Assembly (NCBI GenBank): GCA_043823065.1
Contig: JBDRBB010000020.1
Location: forward strand, 1-32,241
Origin: Pseudomonadota bacterium
GTDB taxonomy: Bacteria; UBA10199; 2-02-FULL-44-16; DYJF01
DNA length: 32,241 nucleotides
Direction of reading: 5' to 3'
The notes beneath the pieces were generated by a model that saw nothing but the letters and a program-made list of their open reading frames with translations, made no database searches and was not told the DNA's origin. A program made the position numbers and the translations under genes. Each line of letters begins with the position of its first letter. The stretch's first letter is position 1. Positions 16,451 through 26,500 of this stretch are shown here, one piece after another.

Positions 16451-17698
16451 TTATGCCTCCTCTTGAATAACAAGACTTTCTTTAACAGTAATTTTGGGAA
16501 TAATCAGAATTATACCTGACACGATTAAAAATATTGAATTTATGTATATTAAATACTGTGTATCTAAATATGAATTAATCAACATTGCTATAATTAAACC
16601 CAAAAGCATTCCAAAACGTTGATAAAAACTATAACTAAAAGCAGACACTTCTGAATTAGTTTTACTGATATTGAATCGTAGGTAATATATTTTTTGCGAG
16701 ATCCATGAAATCATTGCAAAAAAACAGGCAGCACATAACCATATTAGAAACCACTGTGAATCCTCTTTTATGAAGGAGATGAATAAAAGTAAGCTGTAGA
16801 TTGTAAGCGTTGACAATAAAACAGTGCTGTTTTTTTTCTCTATTTCCTTGTTGCAAAAACTCATATTACATACTACTCCACCCAATATTAAAAAAACACC
16901 GGACATCGAATAGATAAAACCATATTCCTTGGAGTTTAGTGATAGGACTGTAAGACCCCAAATAGGCATTAATGAATTTAATATTCCAGGCACGATGCTT
17001 CGCAATAGATGTGAAACAACCTGGTAATTTATTATAGTTGGATATCGGATTTTATTACCATTTTGCTTCAGGGGCTGCTTTAGAGCTAACGTAGTTACGT
17101 TTATAAATACATATATGATAATTACACCACATATGACCAGTGCTTGAATAATGAGGGTATTAACGAATCCATACAGATTAGAAAACCATGCTCCAGCGAA
17201 TGCCATAATAGTCATACCTAAATAGGTTAACCAAGTTATGAAACTGTGAATTCTGCTGAATGATTTGGTGTCATGGCTAAATGTAAGATTTACTAAGGTG
17301 TCAGATAAAGGAGCATAAAGCGCAATGGCAGCACTCTTTAAAAAGCAAATTACAAAAAAGCATACAATGAACTTCATCCTGTAACACAGAATTAGTAAAA
17401 GGTTTGAAAAAACAAAAAATGCTAATGATGAGATGAGAATACATTTTAGCTTATTTAAAGAAAACAATCTTAATCCAAAAAAAGATATAATAGTTGTAGG
17501 TATTGCTGTACATAACAAGTATATAATGATGCTATTAGAAATATTTGTTAATTCGTATGACGCATTTAGAGAAGGAATGAAGACAAAACTACAACTTAAG
17601 TAAATTAAAGTGTATCCAAAAATATAATGGTTGACCAATTTATCTGTTAAGCCAAAGTAATCAGCTAATTTGTTTAGTTGTTTTATTTTTCTAAACAT
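16451..17698 (-). CDS. MFS-type transporter (probable exporter)
   Basis: 415 aa with about 12 hydrophobic segments in two halves; overlaps the radical SAM stop. Confidence 0.75.
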   Translation of the reverse strand: MFRKIKQLNKLADYFGLTDKLVNHYIFGYTLIYLSCSFVFIPSLNASYELTNISNSIIIYLLCTAIPTTIISFFGLRLFSLNKLKCILISSLAFFVFSNLLLILCYRMKFIVCFFVICFLKSAAIALYAPLSDTLVNLTFSHDTKSFSRIHSFITWLTYLGMTIMAFAGAWFSNLYGFVNTLIIQALVICGVIIIYVFINVTTLALKQPLKQNGNKIRYPTIINYQVVSHLLRSIVPGILNSLMPIWGLTVLSLNSKEYGFIYSMSGVFLILGGVVCNMSFCNKEIEKKNSTVLLSTLTIYSLLLFISFIKEDSQWFLIWLCAACFFAMISWISQKIYYLRFNISKTNSEVSAFSYSFYQRFGMLLGLIIAMLINSYLDTQYLIYINSIFLIVSGIILIIPKITVKESLVIQEEA

Positions 17699-19131
17699 AC
17701 CAAACCTTTTTTAGTTATCTCATTAAGTATCCATATTGACCATAATATAAATCTTTTTCTAATTTCACACTTTATATTGTCAACTTTCATTGGATCGCGA
17801 TGTTTATAATAACCAAAAGCCGGGCACCCGCCAGCACAGATATATTTTGCCCAACAATTTCGACAATCAGATTTTTCAAGTCGCCAATTGGAAGTCCAAT
17901 ATTTTGTTTTTCTTCGATCAACGCCATCGAATACAGAACCAAGTTTTAGTGATTTAATATTTTCAAGTCTGTGACATGGATAAATATCACCATTTGCCGA
18001 TACAGAAACAACGTTATACCCAGCCCCACACTCAACACCCATCTTTTCTAACAGAGATGCATCAAAGGTAGCGTCCGAAGAAACCACATTGCCTGCATTA
18101 TAGAAGTACGAGACCGCATCCTTGCTAATTAATTTTCCAATATATTTCGCAAAGGGAAATACTTGATGCCACTTCAAGTCATTATTCATTAGTTTGTTAT
18201 GAAACCAAATAGCTAATGAATCTATTCCTTCACAAACAGTATTAAAATTACTTTCCGATATTGTCCCCGGATGGTTTTCCATGTTCCATAAAAAATCTAC
18301 TTTAATATTATTATATTGATCAGAAAATAGGTTTGATACTTGATCTGGTAGTTCATGACCATGATCACCTAATATTGAACATCGAATTAAATAATTAATT
18401 TTGCTTTTTTTAAGTAATCTTCCACCACCATCGTTAATTCTGTCATATGTTGGATTTCCTTTAACATCATGACGATATAAGTCATGCAATCTTTTATTCC
18501 CATCTAAACTCATTCTAACAGATATGTTATTTCTCTCAAGATAGTCCACAATATCGTTATTTAACAGTAGACCGTTAGTTGTTAATGAGAAAAGGGATGT
18601 CGTGTTTTCTAACTGATCTTTTTTCAGTGAGTAAGAAATGATATCCTTTACTGTTTCAAAATTTAAAAGCGGTTCTCCACCCATTATCCCGAATCCAAGT
18701 GTATTAGTTGCTCGATTTTCAAATGCGAAATCAATAGCCGCGCGAGCCGTTTCTCGTGTCATTAATGAAGTGAGATTTCCACCGTATTTGCCGCTATCTG
18801 CATAACAATACGAGCACCTCATGTTGCAGGTGTAAGCAACTTGCAATACGGTTTCAAATATTTGAAGTTCATTTGTTGCCTCTGAAGATTTTATTCTATT
18901 ATCAGGGCAAAAGATGATATTATTATTTATGAGATCGCAAAGGCGGCTATATTTAACCGCTATATTAGTTTCATTGCGATTATCTGGAGAGATTGACTTT
19001 AGTAAGTCTATTTCCTCATTTGTTAATTCAATAATATTCGAACTATTGACGTCATACAATAAATTACCATCGTTTATTTTAACAATGATTGCATCGTTTT
19101 TGTGTAATGATATTTTATCGATTATTATCAT
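17683..19131 (-). CDS. Radical SAM/SPASM protein with N-terminal RRE-like domain (peptide maturase-like)
   Basis: CNMRCSYC, MGGEPLL, TTNG and SLDG motifs. SPASM CGAG..GDIYPCH..CRNCWAKYICAGGC..C. An ~85-aa N-terminal extension contains LLYDVNSSNIIEL, similar to SCIFF/CteB-type maturases. Confidence 0.9.
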   Translation of the reverse strand: MIIIDKISLHKNDAIIVKINDGNLLYDVNSSNIIELTNEEIDLLKSISPDNRNETNIAVKYSRLCDLINNNIIFCPDNRIKSSEATNELQIFETVLQVAYTCNMRCSYCYADSGKYGGNLTSLMTRETARAAIDFAFENRATNTLGFGIMGGEPLLNFETVKDIISYSLKKDQLENTTSLFSLTTNGLLLNNDIVDYLERNNISVRMSLDGNKRLHDLYRHDVKGNPTYDRINDGGGRLLKKSKINYLIRCSILGDHGHELPDQVSNLFSDQYNNIKVDFLWNMENHPGTISESNFNTVCEGIDSLAIWFHNKLMNNDLKWHQVFPFAKYIGKLISKDAVSYFYNAGNVVSSDATFDASLLEKMGVECGAGYNVVSVSANGDIYPCHRLENIKSLKLGSVFDGVDRRKTKYWTSNWRLEKSDCRNCWAKYICAGGCPAFGYYKHRDPMKVDNIKCEIRKRFILWSIWILNEITKKGLVCLEK

Positions 19132-19136
19132 AACTT

Positions 19137-20315
19137 CTAATCTGACAAATTAGCACAATATTTAATAATTAACTCTTTAAGATTGACGTCTTTTTGCTGC
19201 TCGCACGTTCGTTTTATATTTGCTAGCAGTTCCTTCTTCTTGTTTCTGTCTAGATCAATAGAAAGCATATCCAATTGGCGTTCAAGGCCATTGAGACCAG
19301 AATGTTTTCCTAAAAATATTTTGTGTTCTCTTCCAATGATTTCAGGGGGAAATGGTTCATACAATCGTTCATTAGATAAGATTGAATTTACATGTATTCC
19401 CGATTCATGGCTGAACACATTATACCCAAAAACAGGTTTGTTAAACGGTCTAGAAAGTTTTGCAAAATCATACACCGTTTCTGAAAGTTCAGACATCACA
19501 TTTAGATCATAATTATATCCATAATCGTATTGAGTAAGCAGTATCATAATGACTTCTTCGAGAGAGGCATTTCCTGCTCTTTCACCTAATCCATTAACAC
19601 ATACCTGAAGTTCCTTGGCCCCGGATTCAGCAGCGGCAATTGTGTTGGCTGTGGCAAGTCCCAAATCGTTATGACAGTGAACTGAAATATCTAGGCCCAC
19701 TTCATTATGTAATATTTTAATTAACTCTTGCATTGAGGATGGTGTCATAACCCCAGTGGTATCTGGAACAGATATCATTGAAGCCCCAGATTGTTTGGCC
19801 GCATTATAATAGCGAATTAATTTTTCTAAAGGCATTCTTGAAGCATTTTCGCAGCTAAATTTTACATGGCATTTCTTGTTTGTTGCGTACTCCACAATCT
19901 GTTGTATCTTGTATATTATACTATCTTCGTCCATCCTCAATACATTATGCAGATAAAATTTGGAGCCCGGAAGGAATATCGTCAAATATTTAAGACCGCA
20001 ATCAACGGCGTAGTCTATGTCCTTGGTTACAAGTCTGCATAATCCATATAATTTCATATCGTAATCTAAATCTACAATTGCTTTTATTGAGGCTCGTTCA
20101 TCTTCTGATACCGCCGGAAATCCAATCTCGGCATCTTCTATGCCCATTTTAGAGAGCAGCGAAGCTATCTTTATTTTTTCTTTATTTGCGAATGCCACGC
20201 CAACTGTCTGTTCGCCATCTCTCAAAGTATTATCTAATATTCTAATGTTTTTAATTGTATATTTTGATTTTTTATTTATGACATTTTTGTATGTTTCAAG
20301 ATCAAATTCTTTCAT
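19137..20315 (-). CDS. Homocitrate synthase/isopropylmalate synthase family (DRE-TIM) enzyme lacking the LeuA regulatory domain
   Basis: LDNTLRDGEQ, EIGFP, HCHNDLGLA, GLGERAGN, HESGIH and LGKHSG; 392 aa. Confidence 0.92.
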   Translation of the reverse strand: MKEFDLETYKNVINKKSKYTIKNIRILDNTLRDGEQTVGVAFANKEKIKIASLLSKMGIEDAEIGFPAVSEDERASIKAIVDLDYDMKLYGLCRLVTKDIDYAVDCGLKYLTIFLPGSKFYLHNVLRMDEDSIIYKIQQIVEYATNKKCHVKFSCENASRMPLEKLIRYYNAAKQSGASMISVPDTTGVMTPSSMQELIKILHNEVGLDISVHCHNDLGLATANTIAAAESGAKELQVCVNGLGERAGNASLEEVIMILLTQYDYGYNYDLNVMSELSETVYDFAKLSRPFNKPVFGYNVFSHESGIHVNSILSNERLYEPFPPEIIGREHKIFLGKHSGLNGLERQLDMLSIDLDRNKKKELLANIKRTCEQQKDVNLKELIIKYCANLSD

Positions 20316-20329
20316 AATAAATCTCCTAT

Positions 20330-21001
20330 CTATATTATATACGGAATAATGTAATATGTGACTTTCTGATAATCATCATATAATGAACCATACTCTCTTT
20401 TCAGCATGTTTTCTTCTATTATTATCCTATAAGATAAAACCGCAATCATTAATAGTGTAATAGAAATGAGGCCAACGATAGACTGGAAAATATTTTGAAT
20501 TCCTATAAAAATACATAAAAGTCCGAGATAACCAGGATGGCGAATTAATTTATATAGCCCATCTGATATTATGTATTGATCAGATTGTATCATAATGTGC
20601 ATTGTAAAGAATTTTTTTAATTTTATGATAGCATATATTCTTAGTAGAATTCCGAGAGAAACAATGGCCACCCCGATCATGAATTGGGGAATGTTTATGT
20701 GAAAAATATTATTTGTAACAAGAACGTTTGTCAGAGGAATTATTATGCATAGATTTCGCACGAGAACCATCATCGTCTTCGAATATTTATCTTGATTGCT
20801 TTTCTGGGCAAATTGATTGGAGGGAATGTTTTCGATGGAACTTTCCAACACCCCCCAGATATTAAATATTAGAAACGCCATTATAATCTTAATATCGAAA
20901 AGGAGATGGAAATTAAAAATTAATAGCGAAAAGGGAAAATTTAATTTTGCCATTTTTTCTAAAATATAAATTATTCTTTTTTCTATATTTTCGCGGGTCA
21001 C
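20330..21001 (-). CDS. Isoprenylcysteine carboxyl methyltransferase (ICMT)-family membrane methyltransferase
   Basis: TM helices, GLYKLIRHPGYLG and RIIIEENML...YDDYQK...IIP; GGAGA RBS before the GTG start. Confidence 0.88.
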   Translation of the reverse strand: MTRENIEKRIIYILEKMAKLNFPFSLLIFNFHLLFDIKIIMAFLIFNIWGVLESSIENIPSNQFAQKSNQDKYSKTMMVLVRNLCIIIPLTNVLVTNNIFHINIPQFMIGVAIVSLGILLRIYAIIKLKKFFTMHIMIQSDQYIISDGLYKLIRHPGYLGLLCIFIGIQNIFQSIVGLISITLLMIAVLSYRIIIEENMLKREYGSLYDDYQKVTYYIIPYII

Positions 21002-21059
21002 TTATAGTCTCCAAAAATTAGCCATATTAAGTAAATCTTTCATGTACTTAACCATACAG

Positions 21060-21085
21060 TTATCGTCAAAAAAATGATTTTGTTG
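21060..21085 (-). promoter_or_regulatory. CAAC-N16-CGATAA motif upstream of the biosynthetic operon
   Basis: Minus strand reads GCAAC-AAAATCATTTTTTTGA-CGATAAC. Confidence 0.5.
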
Positions 21086-21135
21086 CGTGTTTTTGCAAAA
21101 AATTTTCAAAAAAATGCAACAATTTATCGTTTTCC

Positions 21136-21593
21136 TGTGATACCCAAGGGAAAATGTCAGGGTAATTGACAAAGCGAATATTATCTTGGCCCCCAGGTCA
21201 AGCGGAATAATTTACTGACCTTCATTTTCGCAAAACTTCTCGGCCATATGGGTATCATTGAACCCCTGATATTTACTGGTTGCCAATCCCTTTATTTTCT
21301 CTTTCATTTTATCGTCCATTTTACAGGCATGTTTATTTCCCCTGTTCCTATGTACAATCCCCTCAATCCCCCTTCTTCGTACCCTTGATAACATACGGTA
21401 GATTGTCCTGATATTCCTTCTCAGAACTGCGGCTGCCTGCTCTATGTTAACCTGTCCATCCATAACCCTTTGAACCACCTCTAGCTTGATCTTTTCTTTC
21501 ATCGTCAATACCAGCATCTTTCCTCCTGTCTCGAACCATCTTGGCTCTAACAGGTCTATCGACTGCTACTGACATTTTGTTTTTGCTACCACA
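21136..21593 (-). mobile_element. Internally deleted IS1202/ISNCY-type insertion sequence (458 bp, non-autonomous)
   Basis: 25-bp imperfect terminal IRs TGTGATACCCAAGGGAAAATGTCAG and TGTGGTAGCAAAAACAAAATGTCAG (19/25 identical). The 5-bp flanks are TTTCC and TTGCC. The element encloses a transposase 5' fragment. Confidence 0.75.
21212..21517 (-). pseudogene. Truncated ISNCY/IS1202-type transposase (N-terminal HTH only)
   Basis: EQAAAVLRRNIRTIYRML..VRRRGIEGIVHRNRG and YQGFNDTHMAEKF.ENEG; AGGAGG RBS; no DDE domain. Confidence 0.85.
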
Positions 21594-21676
21594 TTGCCAA
21601 ACGTTTCCCTTGACTATTGGTTACAAATCGCATAGATACGCGCCTCAATGTCTGAATGTAGGAAAAGGAGTTTATT

Positions 21677-22024
21677 ATGTCACTAAATCAAAAATATACC
21701 TGGAATGATTTTCTTAAGGAAAATCCAGAGTTTAAGGAAAAAAAGGTCAAAAGAACCTCAAAAGAGGGTGCCAAGGCTTTTGAATCTGCTTTTAAGGCCA
21801 AAGCTAAAGAATTTCTGAAAGAACGCACTACCAAAATTGATGTTCAAAAGAAAAAAGCTACAGCCAAAAGAGATGAATTAGCTAAAAAAGTTCAAGACCT
21901 GCAAAAGAAAAAAGATTTTGGCAAGGCCAAGATTTATCAAACCAGAGTTGGTCGTCAAGATGCTTGGCTCAAACGTTTAGATGCTCAAACCGAGCGCACC
22001 AAAACAGTACAAAAAAGTATATAA
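21677..22024 (+). CDS. Lys-rich basic helical hypothetical protein
   Basis: AAGGAG RBS, 115 aa, followed by its own terminator. Confidence 0.8.
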   Translation: MSLNQKYTWNDFLKENPEFKEKKVKRTSKEGAKAFESAFKAKAKEFLKERTTKIDVQKKKATAKRDELAKKVQDLQKKKDFGKAKIYQTRVGRQDAWLKRLDAQTERTKTVQKSI

Positions 22025-22045
22025 TATTTATATTTGCAAATTATT

Positions 22046-22076
22046 AAAAGGCTATCCATCACAGATAGCCTTTTTT
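22046..22076 (+). terminator. Intrinsic terminator, possibly bidirectional
   Basis: AAAAGGCTATC-CATCACA-GATAGCCTTTTTT. Confidence 0.8.
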
Positions 22077-22085
22077 GTTGTTATT

Positions 22086-22241
22086 TTGATAAGTGGCTTA
22101 GGCCAGTGTTGCTTCGCGGCGTGCGAGCGAGCCATAACAGCAGCCTATATGACATGGAGAGCGAAGAACGCTTCCAAAATTTCTGGCGCATGAAGAAATT
22201 TTGGATTTAGCGAAGTGACACTGGCCTAAGCCACTTATCAA
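22086..22241 (+). repeat. ~155-nt structured palindromic element, copy 2
   Basis: 32-bp terminal stem TTGATAAGTGGCTTAGGCCAGTGTTGCTTCGC / GCGAAGTGACACTGGCCTAAGCCACTTATCAA; core homologous to 3770-3865. Confidence 0.85.
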
Positions 22242-22257
22242 GAGTGCTAAAAAAATG

Positions 22258-23340
22258 CTATTCAAACAGTTTAGCCACAACTGGATGCTTGATCTGCCCA
22301 TTTTGAATTTGCAAACCCTTGGCCAAAGCAGGATCAGCAGCCAAAGCCTTTTCCACACCTTCATTGGCTAGTTTCACTACATAAGGAAAAGTGGCTGTGG
22401 TCAAAGCTTCTGTGGAAGTGATGGGAGTTAAAGCGGGCATATTAGGTACGCAGTAATGAATCACGCCGTGTTTATCATAGGTTGGTACTTCGTGTGAAGT
22501 AGGTCTGGAAGTAGCAATACAACCGCCTTGATCAATGGAAATATCTACAATCACAGATTTAGGCGACATGCTTTTTACCAAATCTTCAGAAACTACATGT
22601 GGTGCGCGATCACCAGCTACTAGCACTGCGCCAATTAACAAATCAGCTTTTTGCACCCATTCGGAAACTGTAGCAGGTGTGGATTTAACTGGTTTAATGC
22701 GGCCATCATATTTTTCTTCAATATGCGCCAATTTTTTATCATTAATATCTAGAATAACAGTTTCTGCGCGAAGGCCAGCAGCAACTTCAGCGGAGTTAAG
22801 ACCAACATGGCCGCCGCCGATTACCACCACAACTCCGCGATGCGTTCCAGTTACGCCGCCCAAAAGCACGCCTTTGCCGCCATGATTGGCATGTAAAAGA
22901 TAGGTTCCAACTTGGGTTCCCACGCGGCCAGCTACTTCACTCATGGGAATTAATAAAGGCAAAGCGCCATTTTCAGTTTCCACAGTTTCATAACCAATGG
23001 CCGTGGTTTTTGATTCGCGCAGGGCTTTAACTAATTGGGGCACAGAAGCTAAATGTAGATAAGTAAAAATAGTTAAATCTGGTCGAAAATACTGATATTC
23101 ACTTTCCAAAGGTTCTTTAACCTTAACGATCATCTCAGCTTTTTGCCAAACCGTGCTGGCCAAGTTTTCAACAGTTGCGCCAGCATCAAGATAATCTTGA
23201 TTATAAAAACAGCATTTTTCACCAGCATTATTTTCCACTATAACCTTATGTCCGTTTTTGACGAGCGCCTTAACTCCTTTAGGGGTAATTGCCACGCGGG
23301 TTTCTTTGGTCTTAATTTCCTTAGGCACGCCAATAATCAT
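22258..23340 (-). CDS. ald: Alanine dehydrogenase
   Basis: MIIGVPKEIK, KVKEP, FTYLHLA, PMSEVAGR, VIGGGHVG, VDISIDQGGC and HYCVPNMP. Confidence 0.96.
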   Translation of the reverse strand: MIIGVPKEIKTKETRVAITPKGVKALVKNGHKVIVENNAGEKCCFYNQDYLDAGATVENLASTVWQKAEMIVKVKEPLESEYQYFRPDLTIFTYLHLASVPQLVKALRESKTTAIGYETVETENGALPLLIPMSEVAGRVGTQVGTYLLHANHGGKGVLLGGVTGTHRGVVVVIGGGHVGLNSAEVAAGLRAETVILDINDKKLAHIEEKYDGRIKPVKSTPATVSEWVQKADLLIGAVLVAGDRAPHVVSEDLVKSMSPKSVIVDISIDQGGCIATSRPTSHEVPTYDKHGVIHYCVPNMPALTPITSTEALTTATFPYVVKLANEGVEKALAADPALAKGLQIQNGQIKHPVVAKLFE

Positions 23341-23482
23341 ATATTTCCTCCAATGTTTTGAAATTACTAAGTTTTTTGCATCTAGCAGGGATTTGAAAGG
23401 TGGTCAATAAATATTGTTGGTAAGTAACGCGAGGCAGCAAGTCCATGCTGCACCGGCCCTAGAAAATTATCCAAATATATAG

Positions 23483-23508
23483 CAACTAATTGGCAAATTT
23501 GTCGATAA
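23483..23508 (+). promoter_or_regulatory. CAAC-N16-CGATAA motif
   Basis: GCAACTAATTGGCAAATTTGTCGATAA, ending 10 nt before ATG 23519. Confidence 0.5.
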
Positions 23509-23518
23509 GCTATTATCT

Positions 23519-26500
23519 ATGGAATTCAATAATCTAAAAATATTATATGCTTTGCTGGTGATAGCAATCGGAGCTTCCTGTACAGGTTCAAGTGGCAGGG
23601 GGGCTGATCCGCATGTTTCTGGATATCCTAAAACCCCTTTTACTATAGAAGACTCTTCAGGACTAATTGGCGGCATGTTGGCTCAAGGCAAAGTTGGGGA
23701 TGTGCTTTTGAAAAACGATAAGATTAGAGTTATCATTCAAAAGCCAGCTAAAAATGCTGGTCTGTTTTCTTTTGGCGGCAATATTATTGATGCTGATCAT
23801 GTGCGTGGATCTGACCAGCCAGGAAATGATCAGTTTGGCTCAATGTTTCCCTTTATCAATGTTGAGTGGACCGTTAATTATCAGCAATTTGAAGTGGTGA
23901 GTGACGGTGAAGATGATGGAGTGAAAATTTTGCGCGCTACTGGAACATTGGATGTTTATGATTATTTGGATTTGGATTTTATCAAAGACGCAGCTGCAGG
24001 CGCGGCTAATCAGACCCTTTATTTTGATCGCCGCTTTGATGACCGTGGCAATCCTTTTAAAATTGAGCCTGATCTAAAAAATTTAGATACAACTATTATT
24101 ACTGAATATCGTTTGGAGCCAGGAAAAAATTATATCCAGATTGATACTACATTTAAAAATAATGGAGATGAAGAAATTAAGATGCCAGTTGGCGATATTG
24201 TCAATGGCAGCGGCGCACTTCATTTTTTAATTCCAGGAATTGGTTTTGCTCCTGAACTTTTAACTCAAGCAGGTGGCGATACTGTGGCTTTAATTTTCGA
24301 AGGCCAGGATGGAATTGATGTTTCCTACGGCTATTTTTATGATCTCAAACAATTTGCTGATGCAGATGGACAGCGGCATACAACAGGTTCGTTAACATAT
24401 TCTGGGGTGACTTTTGTGTTGTTAAGCGAGGGTGCATTAGACCTGCTTCCCTTAGGTGCGCGTCAGAATCCTAAAATCAATTTTGAGATTCCAGCAAAGT
24501 CTGAACGCACAATTACCAGATATTTTGTGGTAGGAGATGGTTCGTCTAGCTCGGTTTTGGAAATTGGCATGCAAGCTATGAAAGTTAAAATAGGTATTAT
24601 TGAAGGTATAGTGGCTACTGCTGATGGCACACCTATTAAAGATGCTAAGGTAGCGGTACAAAAAAATGGCGGCGGTACAATTGCGATAATGCGCACCAAT
24701 AGCCAAGGCCAGTTTCAGGGGCGTTTTCCAGTTGGTAATAGTTTGTTTGCCCAGTCTTTGGGTGACGGAAATTTTAATATTATTGTCGAGAAACCAGGTT
24801 ATCATGAAAATGGTACAACTAAAGCTGGCAGCTGCGATCCAGAACAAGTAGAACTAAAAGAAGGCCAGACTTTAACTGTAAATTGTACACTTGGTGAAAC
24901 AGGTGTTGTGGAAATTGTGGGCGGGGTGTTGGATGCTGACACAAATCAGACCATAGCTGCCAGATTAACCATTGTGGGTGAAGATGACCCTAGCCCGGAA
25001 AGCACTAGCCGTGGCAACTTTGAAGACATTGTAATTTTTAAGCGTGGTTTTGGCATTAGACATAATATTTATCTGAATAAAAAAGGCGGTTTTTGGGTTT
25101 CAGATCAGAAAAGTTTAAATTTGGAACCAGGTTCCTACAAATTTGTATTTTCCCATGGCGCTGAATATACCAGGGAAGAGCGAGATGTAGAAGTGCAAGC
25201 AGGCCAGAAGATAACAATTGAAAACGTGGTGCTAAAAAGAGTATTGCAAACGCCTGGCTATATTATGGCAGACTTTCATCTGCATAATGCCACTAGCCCT
25301 GATAGTTCAATTCCCACTATTAGGCGAGTGATTGGCGCTGCTGCAGAAGGCATGGATATTTTGCAATCATCAGATCATGATTATTTGCATGATTATGGTC
25401 CGCAAATTGAAGAAATGAAAGCTAATGGCTATATTTCCGAGAATACTTTATTTGGCAGTATTGTGGGCCAGGAAGTAACTCCAAATCATTATGGACATAT
25501 GCAAGCTTTTCCTCTGCAGCAAAATTCTGATTCGCCAACAGGCGGAGCCATTGATTGGTCTGATAGTGAAATGGATGAAGTTTCTCCAGCTCCAGATTAT
25601 TGCATGAGCCCAAGTGATATAGCTGCTGCTACGCGCGAGTTTCCAGGCACTAATGTTGTGCAATTAAATCATGTTAATGACAATCCAACAGGTCTTTTTG
25701 TAGCTAGTGGCTGGGTCACCTCCAGATTTTATTTGGAAAGTGGTGCTCCACCGTTATCTAGTTTTGCCGATCCAGTGGAAAGAAGGCTTCTGCCGCATAC
25801 TGGCGGGCCAAGCTTTCCTTTAGAACTTGGCAAAAATTCTTTGGTATTTGCTGATTTTGATACCGTAGAGCTAGTTATTGGCTATGAAATGCATAAGCTG
25901 CAAGATTATTTTTTGAAATCCACACTACCGACCTGGTTTAATTTATTAAATCTGGGCTTTCAAGTAACAGCTACAGGCAGCAGCGATAGCCACGAAGAAT
26001 TATGGAATGAAATGAATTGGCCGCGTAACTTTGTGGCTTCCAGTTTTGATCCACGCGATGGTATGTCTGGAAGTGCTTTTGATCCAGATGCTTATTCCCA
26101 AACAATTATTGATGGCAAAGTGGTGGTTAGTGGCGGTGCTTTTGTGAGTGTGGAAGCAAATTCTGATAGCGGTTCCGGGACCTTGGGTGATCTGGTTTCA
26201 GGAAATCAGGTTAGAATTAAAGTTGAGGCTAAAGCGCCGTCCTGGGCCTGGATTGATACCATTGAGGTGTATGTCAATACTGAACCCATTCCCATTGATG
26301 ATGAAACCGGCGCTGTCATGGCTGGCAAAGCAGAAACTGCAGAAACCTTTTATCAACCATATCATGTGCCGCTTTATGCCATGGAGCCGCAATATGTAGT
26401 TAGTTTACAAGACGGAAGTTTAGAAAATTGGCAGGAAGAAGAAGGTTTGATTACAGCTCAAGCAGAATTTAACTTAACCCTTTCTGAAGATTCTTGGATA

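Noticed and set aside
19137..20315. Calling the synthase nifV or leuA
   Set aside because: No nif or leu context and no LeuA regulatory domain; the substrate cannot be assigned from motifs.
21100..21640. XerCD dif-like site beside the IS
   Set aside because: No convincing TTATGTTAAAT-type XerD arm with a 6-bp spacer on either side.
21981..22364. ORFs 21981..22193 (+) and 22098..22364 (-)
   Set aside because: Artefacts of the palindromic element: both translate the same stem as LISGLGQC and both overlap real genes.
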